Below, piece by piece: positions 1 through 10,230 of a stretch of 24,000 bases of DNA. Below the pieces are notes generated by a model. That model had not been told where the DNA came from, made no database searches, and was given only the letters and a program-made list of their open reading frames with translations. The DNA lies in the NCBI RefSeq assembly GCF_031202285.1, contig NZ_CP101637.1. The stretch is one strand, 5' to 3'. Position 1 is the stretch's first letter, and the number at the start of each line of letters is the position of its first letter. Both the position numbers and the translations under genes were made by a program. This stretch comes from Terrisporobacter mayombei (GTDB lineage Bacteria > Bacillota > Clostridia > Peptostreptococcales > Peptostreptococcaceae).

Positions 1-683
1 GCCAAGTCTGGAAAATTATTTTCCTTGCTTAAATGAGCTAATAATATAGATTGTGCATTATTATTAATTAAATCTACACAGAACTTAGCTGCTTCTTCGT
101 TTGATAAATGTCCACAATCAGACATTACCCTTCTTTTTAAACTATACGTATAGCTTCCCATCATTAGCATGTTTGGGTCATAATTAGACTCTAATACTAC
201 AAGTTTTGAGCCGTATAAATTTTGTCTAATGTTATCTGTTACACATCCTATATCCGTAGCAATTGACATTTTTTCCTGTTCTGAAAATAAATTATATCCT
301 ACAGCATCACTTGAGTCGTGTGGTATGGAAAAAGGCTTAATTCCTAAATCTCCTATACTGTATGTTTTATGATTTTCAAATACTTTCATATTGCCTTCTT
401 TTATGTTTCCTAATTTATCTTTCATAGCACACCATGTTTTTACATTTGCAAAAATAGGTATGTCCAATTTTCTCGATAATATTCCCGCTCCTTTTATATG
501 GTCAGAATGTTCATGTGTTATAAATATGCCCTTTATTTTTTCTATATCAGCATTTATATCATTTAAGCCTGTCATTATTCTTTTCCCACTAAGGCCTGCA
601 TCTATTAATATATTAGTATCCTTATAACTAACAAAGTGACAATTTCCGCTACTTCCACTTCCTATAGAACAATACTTCAACAT
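1..683 (-). CDS. MBL-fold metallo-hydrolase, YycJ/WalJ-like (3' end beyond window)
   Basis: Open minus frame from ATG at 683..681 to the left edge. The translation starts MLKYCSIGSGSSGNCHFVSYKDTNILIDAGLSGKR and contains ITHEHSDHI (the HxHxDH metal motif). GAGGTG ribosome-binding site immediately upstream. Missing from the ORF track because it runs off the edge. Confidence 0.88.
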   Translation of the reverse strand, partial: MLKYCSIGSGSSGNCHFVSYKDTNILIDAGLSGKRIMTGLNDINADIEKIKGIFITHEHSDHIKGAGILSRKLDIPIFANVKTWCAMKDKLGNIKEGNMKVFENHKTYSIGDLGIKPFSIPHDSSDAVGYNLFSEQEKMSIATDIGCVTDNIRQNLYGSKLVVLESNYDPNMLMMGSYTYSLKRRVMSDCGHLSNEEAAKFCVDLINNNAQSILLAHLSKENNFPDL

Positions 684-723
684 GGTGCACCTCTTTTCTC
701 TTTTTCTCATGAATTATATTATA

Positions 724-762
724 CCAAAAAAACAGAGCATTAAATTATTTTTCAATGCTCTG
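724..762 (-). terminator. Rho-independent terminator of the M1 peptidase gene
   Basis: Perfect 9-bp inverted repeat CAGAGCATT (733-741) / AATGCTCTG (754-762), followed on the minus strand by a T-run (complement of the A-run at about 725-732). Confidence 0.85.
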
Positions 763-771
763 GCAAAAATT

Positions 772-2241
772 TTATTTACATTCCTTTATAATTTTTTCAA
801 TATCCACACCTTTACTCTTCCAAAGATCAACAAATTGAGGTCCATTTACATTTTTAAATTTATATGTACTATAGTATTCTTTTAAAGTATTAAAAAATAC
901 TTCATCTCCAACTTCTTTTCTTATTTCATTAAAAACTACTGCTCCTTTTGTATAAACACTTAGACTATATTCTGATGAATCTTTATAATCTGTTGTAGCC
1001 TTGAATATATCAGTTGTTTTATAGTTTCTTGTTTGAACTTCCATAGTTTTTATTAATTTATCTCCTGTTTCTTTTCCATACTTTTGTTCAAAATAAAGTA
1101 TGGTTGAATATTCCGTCAATGCTTCATCTAGCCAAGGTTCATTAATTTCATCATTTCCTATAACACTGTACCACCATTGATGGGCAGTTTCATGAGCTAT
1201 TACATACTCCAATAAAAATTTATTTTCCTTATTATATAAACCTTCATCTATCATAGATAACATGGGATATTCCATTCCTCCAATAAAGAAGTCACTGGCT
1301 ACTACTGAATATGTATCATATGGATAGTCACCAAATAAATTACTAAAAATTTCTATGGACGACTTAGATATATCCAAAGCTTCTTTACTCATATCCTCAT
1401 TTAAATTATATGTATTTATCACAATATCCTTATAATTAGCCTTATTTACTATAAATTTGTCACTTAAAATAAAAGCAAAATCTCTAACCATCTTACCATC
1501 TATAGTATATAATATCTTCTCATTGTCTGTTTTCTTCTCTGTTACTTTTCCTGTAGTTGCTAACTTATATTTTGATGGGGCTAATATTTGAACTTTAAAG
1601 TTGCTAGTATCACTATAAAATGGATCTCCTACAGTTTCATAACTTTTTAGATTCCATCCTTTATCATCATAAACACATGCTATAGGGAACCAATTTGTTA
1701 CATTTACTGTATTATCGCCATAACCAAATCTTCCAAGGCAATTAGGTAATTTTACATTATATTTTAAGTCTATTTTTACTACTTCACTGGCTTTTAATAA
1801 TTTGTTTAATTTAATCTCTAGAATATCGTTTTTATCTCCTTTTACTTCATACTTTAATTTTTCCTTATCACTTAATACATTTTTAAGATCTATATATCCT
1901 TCATTAAAGCCATTTGGATAAGCTCTGCTCATTTCTGAGTCTTCAAAAGGAACTGATTTTTCTTGGCAAAAAGCATTTGGATAAATATGTAGGTAAATTT
2001 TATCTAATGTAGTTTTCGTATTATTTATATAAACTAAACTTTCGTTGCATAAAATACGATTAGTTTCATCATCATATATTACATCTATAGTATATTCGCT
2101 TTTGTTTTTTTCATCTTTAAGTGTAAAAGTTTCTCTTTGATTAGTAAGTATAAATGTGCGTATACTTCCCCCTATAATGATTAGAAGAGCTAAGATTATA
2201 ACAAATAATCTCCTTCTCTTTTTATCGAATTTAATAACCAA
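772..2241 (-). CDS. Membrane-anchored M1 family zinc metallopeptidase
   Basis: 489-aa ORF with N-terminal TM segment (RLFVIILALLIIIGG), GGMEYPML (GxMEN-like) and HETAHQWW...E (HExxHx18E) gluzincin motifs. RBS AGGAGG upstream. Confidence 0.87.
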   Translation of the reverse strand: MVIKFDKKRRRLFVIILALLIIIGGSIRTFILTNQRETFTLKDEKNKSEYTIDVIYDDETNRILCNESLVYINNTKTTLDKIYLHIYPNAFCQEKSVPFEDSEMSRAYPNGFNEGYIDLKNVLSDKEKLKYEVKGDKNDILEIKLNKLLKASEVVKIDLKYNVKLPNCLGRFGYGDNTVNVTNWFPIACVYDDKGWNLKSYETVGDPFYSDTSNFKVQILAPSKYKLATTGKVTEKKTDNEKILYTIDGKMVRDFAFILSDKFIVNKANYKDIVINTYNLNEDMSKEALDISKSSIEIFSNLFGDYPYDTYSVVASDFFIGGMEYPMLSMIDEGLYNKENKFLLEYVIAHETAHQWWYSVIGNDEINEPWLDEALTEYSTILYFEQKYGKETGDKLIKTMEVQTRNYKTTDIFKATTDYKDSSEYSLSVYTKGAVVFNEIRKEVGDEVFFNTLKEYYSTYKFKNVNGPQFVDLWKSKGVDIEKIIKECK

Positions 2242-2307
2242 TTTATACCTCCTTTTTAGTGAATATTTTTTTTTAAAACTTCCAATATAAATTTGTAATA
2301 GCTTTTA

Positions 2308-2316
2308 TGTTATAAT
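2308..2316 (+). promoter_or_regulatory. Candidate extended -10 (TGTTATAAT) promoter of the dnaD-like/loader pair
   Basis: TGnTATAAT about 18 bp upstream of the ATG at 2335. The predicted 5' UTR is very short but includes GAGGTGAT. No good -35. Confidence 0.45.
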
Positions 2317-2334
2317 TGAAGCTGAGGTGATTGT

Positions 2335-3393
2335 ATGTTTTTTTATAAAGAAGAAAATGATATAGATTTTGGGGAAACAACCATCCCAAATATCTTCATA
2401 GATATATATATGCCTATGGGTGATGGATTATACACAAAGGTATATCTTTTAGCATATAGGCAAATATGTTCTTCTATTCCAGATTCTAAATTTGATAATA
2501 GTTCTATTGCTAGAATTTTAGAAGTTCCGTTGTCAGATGTTATTAATGCATGGAAATTCTGGGAGAAGCAAAACATAGTAAAAATGCACAAAAATGATAG
2601 CCCGGATGCTTTTGATTATTCAATTGAATTTTTAGATTTAAAAAGACTCTATGTTGAAAATCTACAAATTAATACACCTTCTATTAAATCTAATAGTGAT
2701 AGAATAGTTTCTGCTGGACATAATCCAAGCATAACTAAAATGTTTAATAGTATAAATCGTATAATAGGAAGATTTCTTGATCCTTCAGAAAAATTAAGAA
2801 TACTAGACATTAGAGAAAAATTTAATGTTAATCCTGATGTTATTGTTTATGCTTATGAAACTTCAAAGCAGAATAATAATGGTACGCCTAAAAATCTTAA
2901 TTATATTGAAGGTATACTTAGAAACTGGTATGACTTAGGACTTTATACTATTGAAGATATTGAAAATAATGTAATTGAAGATAAAAAGCGCTATGACATT
3001 CATAAGCTTATTTTTAAATCTCTTGGGTTTAATAGAAATCCTGGATCAGAAGAAAAAAGAATTATGGATACATGGATTGATAAGTACAATATGGATATAG
3101 AGGTTATATTAGAAGCTTGTAGCAAGTCCAAAAATACATCTAACCCTTCTATATCTTATATAAATGGTATAATTGAAAGATATAAAAAGAATAATGTTAA
3201 AACTTTAGATGATATAGAAAAATTAGAAGAAGAATTTAATCAAAAAAAACAACATCGAAAAAATACAACTTCAAATAATAACTCTATTCCTAAAGTTAAA
3301 ACAAGATTCCATAATATCAACGAAACATTTAGAAACTACAGCCCTGAGGAATTAGAGAAAATTCTAAAAGAAAGTCAAAAGGGTAAATTTTAG
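2335..3393 (+). CDS. DnaD-domain replication initiation/replisome organizer protein
   Basis: 352 aa. N-terminal winged-helix-like region plus two DnaD-like repeats ending YIEGILRNWYDLGLYTIEDIE and YINGIIERYKKNNVKTLDDIE. Basic tail. Followed directly by the helicase loader gene. Confidence 0.82.
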   Translation: MFFYKEENDIDFGETTIPNIFIDIYMPMGDGLYTKVYLLAYRQICSSIPDSKFDNSSIARILEVPLSDVINAWKFWEKQNIVKMHKNDSPDAFDYSIEFLDLKRLYVENLQINTPSIKSNSDRIVSAGHNPSITKMFNSINRIIGRFLDPSEKLRILDIREKFNVNPDVIVYAYETSKQNNNGTPKNLNYIEGILRNWYDLGLYTIEDIENNVIEDKKRYDIHKLIFKSLGFNRNPGSEEKRIMDTWIDKYNMDIEVILEACSKSKNTSNPSISYINGIIERYKKNNVKTLDDIEKLEEEFNQKKQHRKNTTSNNNSIPKVKTRFHNINETFRNYSPEELEKILKESQKGKF

Positions 3394-3408
3394 TAGGTAG
3401 GTGGTTAA

Positions 3409-4413
3409 ATGCAGGAATCAAAATTAAGAGATATTCTTACTAGTTACGAGAGAAAAAGAGATAAAGCAGATAGGCTACTAGAACAACGGAAAAATGATGT
3501 TTATAAACAAATTCCTAAAGTAAAAGAAATAGAAGATGAAATTAGCAAAGTTGGATTAGAAATGATGAAACTCGTTCTTAAAAATCCATCAAATAAGGAA
3601 GCTCTCACATTAGAAGCCAAGGAAAGAATCCAAGCTTTAACTAGCGAAAAACAAGCTTTATTAGATAGTTGGAATGTTCCTAATGGGTATCTTGATATTC
3701 AATATGAATGTAGTATGTGTAAAGATAGAGGATTTCTTTCAAACGGCAAAAAATGCAATTGTTTAAAACAAGCAATTATTAATGAGTCTTATAAAATGTC
3801 CAATTTATCTAGAATGTTAGAGAAACAAAATCAGTGTACATATGACGACAGCATTTTTTCAGAAGAAGTCGATTCAAGCACTGGTATTTCTCCTAGACAA
3901 AACATGCAACTAATTTTATCTGATTGTGATGAGTTTATCTATGATTTCGACAAGGATAATGACAAAAACTTATTGTTTTATGGAGATACTGGACTTGGCA
4001 AAACATTTATGTCTAGCTATATTGCCAAGGAACTTCTTGATAAAGGATATTTAGTAATATACCAAACTGCCTTTAAAATGTTTGAAATCATAGAAGAATA
4101 TAAATTTAGAAATTCTGATCATCATTTATCAAGGGATGATTACGAAAATTTATTTGAGTGTGATCTTCTAATAATAGACGATTTAGGTACAGAACTTACT
4201 AACTCATTTACTATTAGTGAATTGTTTATAATTCTAAATACTCGTTTATTAAATGGTAAAAAAACTATTATTTCTACTAATCTTAATCCTGCACAACTTG
4301 GAGAACTTTATTCTCAAAGAATTTTTTCACGTATTTTTGATAAATTCAAAATGATTAAATTTATTGGTGCTGATTTAAGATGGCAAAATAAAATATCTAA
4401 TTTAAATAAATAA
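3409..4413 (+). CDS. dnaC: DnaI/DnaC-type AAA+ replicative helicase loader
   Basis: 334 aa with Walker A GDTGLGKT, Walker B LLIIDDLG, and a CxxC...CxC zinc-binding motif (CSMCKDRGFLSNGKKCNC). RBS GTAGGTGG before the ATG. Confidence 0.88.
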   Translation: MQESKLRDILTSYERKRDKADRLLEQRKNDVYKQIPKVKEIEDEISKVGLEMMKLVLKNPSNKEALTLEAKERIQALTSEKQALLDSWNVPNGYLDIQYECSMCKDRGFLSNGKKCNCLKQAIINESYKMSNLSRMLEKQNQCTYDDSIFSEEVDSSTGISPRQNMQLILSDCDEFIYDFDKDNDKNLLFYGDTGLGKTFMSSYIAKELLDKGYLVIYQTAFKMFEIIEEYKFRNSDHHLSRDDYENLFECDLLIIDDLGTELTNSFTISELFIILNTRLLNGKKTIISTNLNPAQLGELYSQRIFSRIFDKFKMIKFIGADLRWQNKISNLNK

Positions 4414-4416
4414 AAA

Positions 4417-4446
4417 GAGAAAACTTCTGACAGTTTTCTCCTTTTT
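4417..4446. terminator. Bidirectional terminator between convergent loader gene and purA
   Basis: GAGAAAACT (4417-4425) / AGTTTTCTC (4432-4440), a 9-bp stem with CTTTTT on the + side and AAAAA on the - side. Confidence 0.85.
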
Positions 4447-4461
4447 GTTTCATGTGAAACT
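4446..4461. promoter_or_regulatory. parS: Candidate degenerate parS site
   Basis: TGTTTCATGTGAAACT is 14/16 identical to TGTTTCACGTGAAACA. Intergenic, abutting the purA stop codon. Confidence 0.5.
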
Positions 4462-5751
<1,290 letters not shown>

Positions 5752-5820
5752 TTATTTCACCTCTATTATCTATATATTAAATTTCATAAAATCTAATATA
5801 TAATTTATTTTCAACTTATT

Positions 5821-5862
5821 ATCGAACACTTACGTTATATATTTTAACAAATATTCGTTTTG
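5821..5862. promoter_or_regulatory. Candidate pair of inverted PurBox-like elements upstream of purA
   Basis: + strand ATCGAACACTT (CGAACACTT 5823-5831) and minus-strand CGAATATTT (5849-5857), facing each other with a 17-bp gap. Both resemble the AWWWCCGAACWWT PurR box. Confidence 0.35.
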
Positions 5863-5874
5863 GTTTCAACTTTT

Positions 5875-6195
5875 TTAATTTTTAATTACTTTTAATATGT
5901 ATCTTTCTATTTCTTCTAAGCTTTTTCCATTAATAATATTATCCCTTTTTTCAATAAATATATCATTAAATTTCTCAACTTCATCTAAATCCTTACCCGT
6001 AAAGACTTTTTCTATAGATCCTGTCATTGTATTTATCATATATATGTTATATTGATTCTTTTCTTCCATTAAATAAATTACTATTGTTTCTTTTAATTCA
6101 TTATCCACTATCCTAAACAAATTACTTTCTTTATTAACAATTCCCATATCTGGATATACAAAAAACATTTCTATTTTCATTTTATTATTCTCCAT
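5875..6195 (-). CDS. Small protein of unknown function (real start probably 6180)
   Basis: 106-aa ORF in track. The first ATG lacks a Shine-Dalgarno, whereas the internal ATG at 6180 (MKIEMFFVYPDMGIV...) has GGAG 9 nt upstream. No family recognised. Confidence 0.7.
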   Translation of the reverse strand: MENNKMKIEMFFVYPDMGIVNKESNLFRIVDNELKETIVIYLMEEKNQYNIYMINTMTGSIEKVFTGKDLDEVEKFNDIFIEKRDNIINGKSLEEIERYILKVIKN

Positions 6196-6223
6196 ATCGA
6201 CTTATTTTTGGGCATAAATATGA

Positions 6224-6257
6224 GTTGTTTAAAAGATACTCCTATCTTATAAACAAC
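6224..6257. repeat. Long inverted repeat/hairpin upstream of the small ORF
   Basis: GTTGTTTA-a-AAGATA / TATCTT-a-TAAACAAC: 14 paired positions interrupted by one A-A mismatch, with a short loop around ACTCC... No adjacent T-run. Confidence 0.75.
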
Positions 6258-6289
6258 CCTTTCATTAAGTTTTACACATATTTATTTAG

Positions 6290-6419
6290 TTATTCACATT
6301 TATCCACATACTATTTGTGGATACTGTGTATAACATTTCATTGTATAGACTACATTTAATACTATCTTTTCATATTTATCCACATTTTTCTCAAATATAG
6401 AAAGGTTGTTCTGTGGATA
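6290..6419. promoter_or_regulatory. DnaA-box cluster
   Basis: TTATTCACA (6290-6298,+), TTATCCACA (6300-6308,+), GTATCCACA (6324-6316,-), TTATACACA (6333-6325,-), TTATCCACA (6375-6383,+), ATATCCACA (6419-6411,-). Four of six match TTATNCACA; the other two have one mismatch. Confidence 0.75.
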
Positions 6420-6424
6420 TATGT

Positions 6425-7753
6425 TTATATTTCTCTAACTTTGTCGGCAAATTTTTGTACTTGGCCAAACCATACTAATTCTACATTACCCGTTTCACCA
6501 TGTCTATTTTTTGCAATTATAACTTCACCTATATTTTTCTTTTCAGAATCGTCATGATAGTATTCATCTCTGTATAAAAACATAACTATATCTGCATCCT
6601 GCTCTATAGACCCAGACTCTCTTAAATCTGATAATATAGGCCTATGGTCTTTTCTAAGTTCTGGAGAACGAGATAGCTGTGAAAGAGCAACCACAGGACA
6701 ATCTAGTTCCTTAGCTAATATCTTTAAAGATCTAGAAATCTTAGCTATTTCTTGTTGTCTGTTTTCATTTTTGCCCTCTCCCTCCATCAATTGAAGGTAA
6801 TCTATTAGGATTAAATCTAATCCCTTTTCTATTTTTAATCTTCTACATTTTGATCTTATTTCTGATATTTTTATACCAGGAGTATCATCTATGAAAATAT
6901 TAGCTTCTGATAATACTGCCATAGCATCTATTATTCTTGGCCAATCTGATTCTCCAAGGGAACCAGTTTTTATTTTACTTAACTCCACATTAGATTGTGC
7001 AGATAACATACGTTGAACTAGCTGTTCCTTAGACATCTCTAAACTAAATACTGCCACAGATGCATCACCTTTTAATGCAGCATTTTGAACAAGGTTTAGT
7101 GAGAATGCTGTTTTTCCCATGGCAGGTCTTGCTGCTAGCAGAATTAAATCTGTTCTTTGAAGTCCATTTATTTTTTTATTTAAATCTGTAAATCCAGTAG
7201 TTATTCCTGTAACATCACTTTTTTGCGTACACAACCTTTCAATCATATCAAAGGTATCTTGTAGAACTAAGTTTATTGGTTGAATATCATCACCAGATTT
7301 TTCTTGAGATATATCAAATATACTTTTTTCTGCCTGATCTAATATTTCCTGAACATCTGTAGAAGCATCATATCCTAAGTTTATAATCTCATTAGACGCC
7401 TTTATAAGCTGTCTCATAACAGATTTTTCTTTCACTATGTTGGCGTAATACTTTACATTTGATGTCGTTGGGACTATTGTTGAAAGGCTTGTTAGATAAC
7501 TAATACCTCCAACATTATCTAAATGACCTTCTTTTCTTAATTCCTCTATTAATGTTATCAAATCTATTGGTTCATTATTGCTATTTAACTTTAACATAGA
7601 CTCATATATTATTTTGTGAGCTTCTTTATAAAAATCACCAGGATTTATGGTTTCTGCCACAGTTATAATCGCGTCTTTATCAAGGATAATAGAACCTAAT
7701 ATTGATTGCTCTGATTCCACACTATGTGGAGGAATTCTACTTATATCCTCCAT
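6425..7753 (-). CDS. dnaB: Replicative DNA helicase DnaB
   Basis: RIPPHSVESEQSILGSI N-domain, RPAMGKTAFSLN Walker A, LDLILIDYLQLM. The track start at 7762 is a GTG inside the GAGGTG ribosome-binding site; ATG 7753 (MEDISRIPP) is the more likely start. Confidence 0.97.
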   Translation of the reverse strand: MEDISRIPPHSVESEQSILGSIILDKDAIITVAETINPGDFYKEAHKIIYESMLKLNSNNEPIDLITLIEELRKEGHLDNVGGISYLTSLSTIVPTTSNVKYYANIVKEKSVMRQLIKASNEIINLGYDASTDVQEILDQAEKSIFDISQEKSGDDIQPINLVLQDTFDMIERLCTQKSDVTGITTGFTDLNKKINGLQRTDLILLAARPAMGKTAFSLNLVQNAALKGDASVAVFSLEMSKEQLVQRMLSAQSNVELSKIKTGSLGESDWPRIIDAMAVLSEANIFIDDTPGIKISEIRSKCRRLKIEKGLDLILIDYLQLMEGEGKNENRQQEIAKISRSLKILAKELDCPVVALSQLSRSPELRKDHRPILSDLRESGSIEQDADIVMFLYRDEYYHDDSEKKNIGEVIIAKNRHGETGNVELVWFGQVQKFADKVREI

Positions 7754-7775
7754 TATTATCACCTCAACCTAGTGC

Positions 7776-8225
7776 TTATTGTTTTTCTTTAACATCTACT
7801 CTTATCTTTGTAGTAACTTTTTGATGTATTTTTATTTCAACAAATCTTGAACCTAATACTCTAATTGGCTCATCAAGCGAAATTTTTCTCTTATCCACTT
7901 CTACATTATGTTGTTTCTTTAATTGTTCTGCTACATCTTTAGAAGTTATTGATCCAAATAATCTTCCAGCATCACCAGCTTTAGAATATATAGTTACAGC
8001 CATGTCTTCCATTTTCTTTCCTAATTCAACAGCTTCTTCGTATTCTTTTTGAGCTTTTAATTCTTTTGATTTATTCTTTTCATTTAACTCTTTTACATTT
8101 GTGTTGTCAGCAACTACTGCCATTTTTTTAGGTAATAAAAAGTTTTTTGCATATCCATCACTTACTTCTTTAACTTCTCCTTTTTTACCTGTTCCTTTAA
8201 CATCTTTTAATAATATTACTTTCAT
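7776..8225 (-). CDS. rplI: 50S ribosomal protein L9
   Basis: 149 aa. [33 protein letters not shown] is diagnostic for L9. Confidence 0.98.
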   Translation of the reverse strand: MKVILLKDVKGTGKKGEVKEVSDGYAKNFLLPKKMAVVADNTNVKELNEKNKSKELKAQKEYEEAVELGKKMEDMAVTIYSKAGDAGRLFGSITSKDVAEQLKKQHNVEVDKRKISLDEPIRVLGSRFVEIKIHQKVTTKIRVDVKEKQ

Positions 8226-10220
8226 TTAGTCTTCCTCCCTTAAGTATTGTTCAATTATTTCATGTACTTTCATGTAAGCTTCCTTAATAGATACTCCCTC
8301 CAGTTGAGCACCGGCTATATCCATGTGTCCGCCTCCACCTAGCTTTTCCATTAAAACATGTACATTTATCTTTCCTAATGACCTTGCACTTATGAATACA
8401 GTTCCATCCTTTTCACCAAGTACAAATGATGCCTCTATTTTTTTTACTGTCAATAATTCATCTGCAGCCTGAGCAATAACCACATTAATATTTTCAGACT
8501 GTATTTTTGAATAAGATATACATATTCTATTATCAATAATACGAGTATTACTTATAATTTCTGCCTTTGCTTTAAAATCTTCCACATTTGATCTAAATAG
8601 TTTCTTAACTTCTGTAGTGTCTGCTCCTGCCTTCTTTAAATAAGAAGCTGCCTCAAAAGTTCTTACTCCTGTTTTAAATGCAAAGAATTTTGTATCTAAA
8701 CTTATTCCTGCAAGAAGTCCTTCTGCTGTAAGTTTATTTATTTTAACATCATCCTCTAAATATTGGACAACTTCTGTTACCATTTCACAAGTAGACGATA
8801 CATAGATTTCATGGAATGATAAAACAGTATCCTGAATAGACTCAACACCTTTTCTATGGTGATCTATTACAGCTATTTTTTTACTTATTCCCAATAATTC
8901 TTCGCATTCTGTATAACTAGGTCTATGAGTATCAACTACAACTACCAATGTATCTCTAGTACAATTTTTTATCGCCTCTTCTTTACTTATAAATAAATCC
9001 TTATAATACTCGCATTTGTTCAATCTACTTACAAATTCATCTATAGATTCATTAACAGTGTCCAGTACTATATATGTTTCTTTTTTCAAAGATTTACATA
9101 TGTCATATATCCCAACTGCTGCTCCCATAGCATCTAAATCAGGATATTTGTGACCCATTATATAAATAGTTTTACTTTGAGATACTATTTCTTTTAATGC
9201 ATGACCTATTAGCCTAGATTTAACTTTTGTTGTCTTTTCAACTGCCTTAGATTTTCCACCATAAAACTCAAACTTATCTTTTGTTTTTACAATAGCTTGA
9301 TCTCCACCTCTACCTAATGCTAAGTCCAAAGCTCCTGTTGCAAGCTTAATATTTTCATAAATGGAGTCTCCACTTCTTCCAACACCTATACTTATGGTTA
9401 CAGGAAGTGTATTTCCATAATCAATATCTCTTATTGTATCTAATATGGTAAATTTATTTTCTTGAAGTTTAGATAAACCTTTTTGATTAGTTATAATTAT
9501 GTATTTATCCTTCGATGTTCTTTTTACCGCTGCTTGTAAAGATGTTTCCAAGCCAGATAGTATTCTCTCTAGTTCTACAGAAATTAAAGATCTCTTATCC
9601 TCATCAGCGCTCTTTAATACTTCATCGTATCCATCTACCTGAATTAACATTATGATATTTTTTTCTTCCTCATATTTTTGAGAAAGAGCTAAATATGCTG
9701 TTTTATCTATCCAATAAAGCATCATTAAATATTTCACTTGATCATCTTGTTCATTTTTTATAACATTATAAACAACTGTATACTCTCTATCTTTGTAGCT
9801 TACCTCAGTATACATTTCTTTATTTTCATTTAATACTTTTCTTAAATTAAGATTTTTAACTATATTATCAATATTTTCGCCAAGCAAATCTGGCGACTGT
9901 GTCATATCATAAAACTTCTTATTATACCATGATATATTTCCATCAAATTCGAGAATACAAAGAGGTATAGGTAGATTCATTATAGCCTTTTTGGTTGTTT
10001 CATCAATATCTAAAGATAAAGTTTCAATATATCTATTCCACTCTTTTTTTCTAAAATTAGCAATTCTCCAATTATGAAATACTATATAAATAAAACCAAA
10101 GAAAAACAAACATCCTATATACAAATTATAGAAAATTAGGATTAAACTTGTTATTCCAATAATTAATATATATATATTTATTTCTGGCATATTTATTTTA
10201 AAACTTGATTTACTCCTCAT
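8226..10220 (-). CDS. gdpP: c-di-AMP phosphodiesterase, GdpP/YybT family
   Basis: 664 aa: two N-terminal TM segments, PAS-like domain, degenerate GGDEF domain, DHH (HKYPDLDAMGAA, DTHRP, DHHRKG) and DHHA1 (GGGGHMDIAG) motifs. Confidence 0.93.
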   Translation of the reverse strand: MRSKSSFKINMPEINIYILIIGITSLILIFYNLYIGCLFFFGFIYIVFHNWRIANFRKKEWNRYIETLSLDIDETTKKAIMNLPIPLCILEFDGNISWYNKKFYDMTQSPDLLGENIDNIVKNLNLRKVLNENKEMYTEVSYKDREYTVVYNVIKNEQDDQVKYLMMLYWIDKTAYLALSQKYEEEKNIIMLIQVDGYDEVLKSADEDKRSLISVELERILSGLETSLQAAVKRTSKDKYIIITNQKGLSKLQENKFTILDTIRDIDYGNTLPVTISIGVGRSGDSIYENIKLATGALDLALGRGGDQAIVKTKDKFEFYGGKSKAVEKTTKVKSRLIGHALKEIVSQSKTIYIMGHKYPDLDAMGAAVGIYDICKSLKKETYIVLDTVNESIDEFVSRLNKCEYYKDLFISKEEAIKNCTRDTLVVVVDTHRPSYTECEELLGISKKIAVIDHHRKGVESIQDTVLSFHEIYVSSTCEMVTEVVQYLEDDVKINKLTAEGLLAGISLDTKFFAFKTGVRTFEAASYLKKAGADTTEVKKLFRSNVEDFKAKAEIISNTRIIDNRICISYSKIQSENINVVIAQAADELLTVKKIEASFVLGEKDGTVFISARSLGKINVHVLMEKLGGGGHMDIAGAQLEGVSIKEAYMKVHEIIEQYLREED

Positions 10221-10230
10221 TTCTATCCTC

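Noticed and set aside
391-885. Plus-strand ORFs 391-627 and 682-885
   Set aside because: Antisense to the MBL hydrolase and to the M1 peptidase 3' end/terminator. Low-complexity hydrophobic translations with no RBS.
2343-2591. Minus-strand 82-aa ORF
   Set aside because: Antisense to the convincing DnaD-like CDS; no recognisable product.
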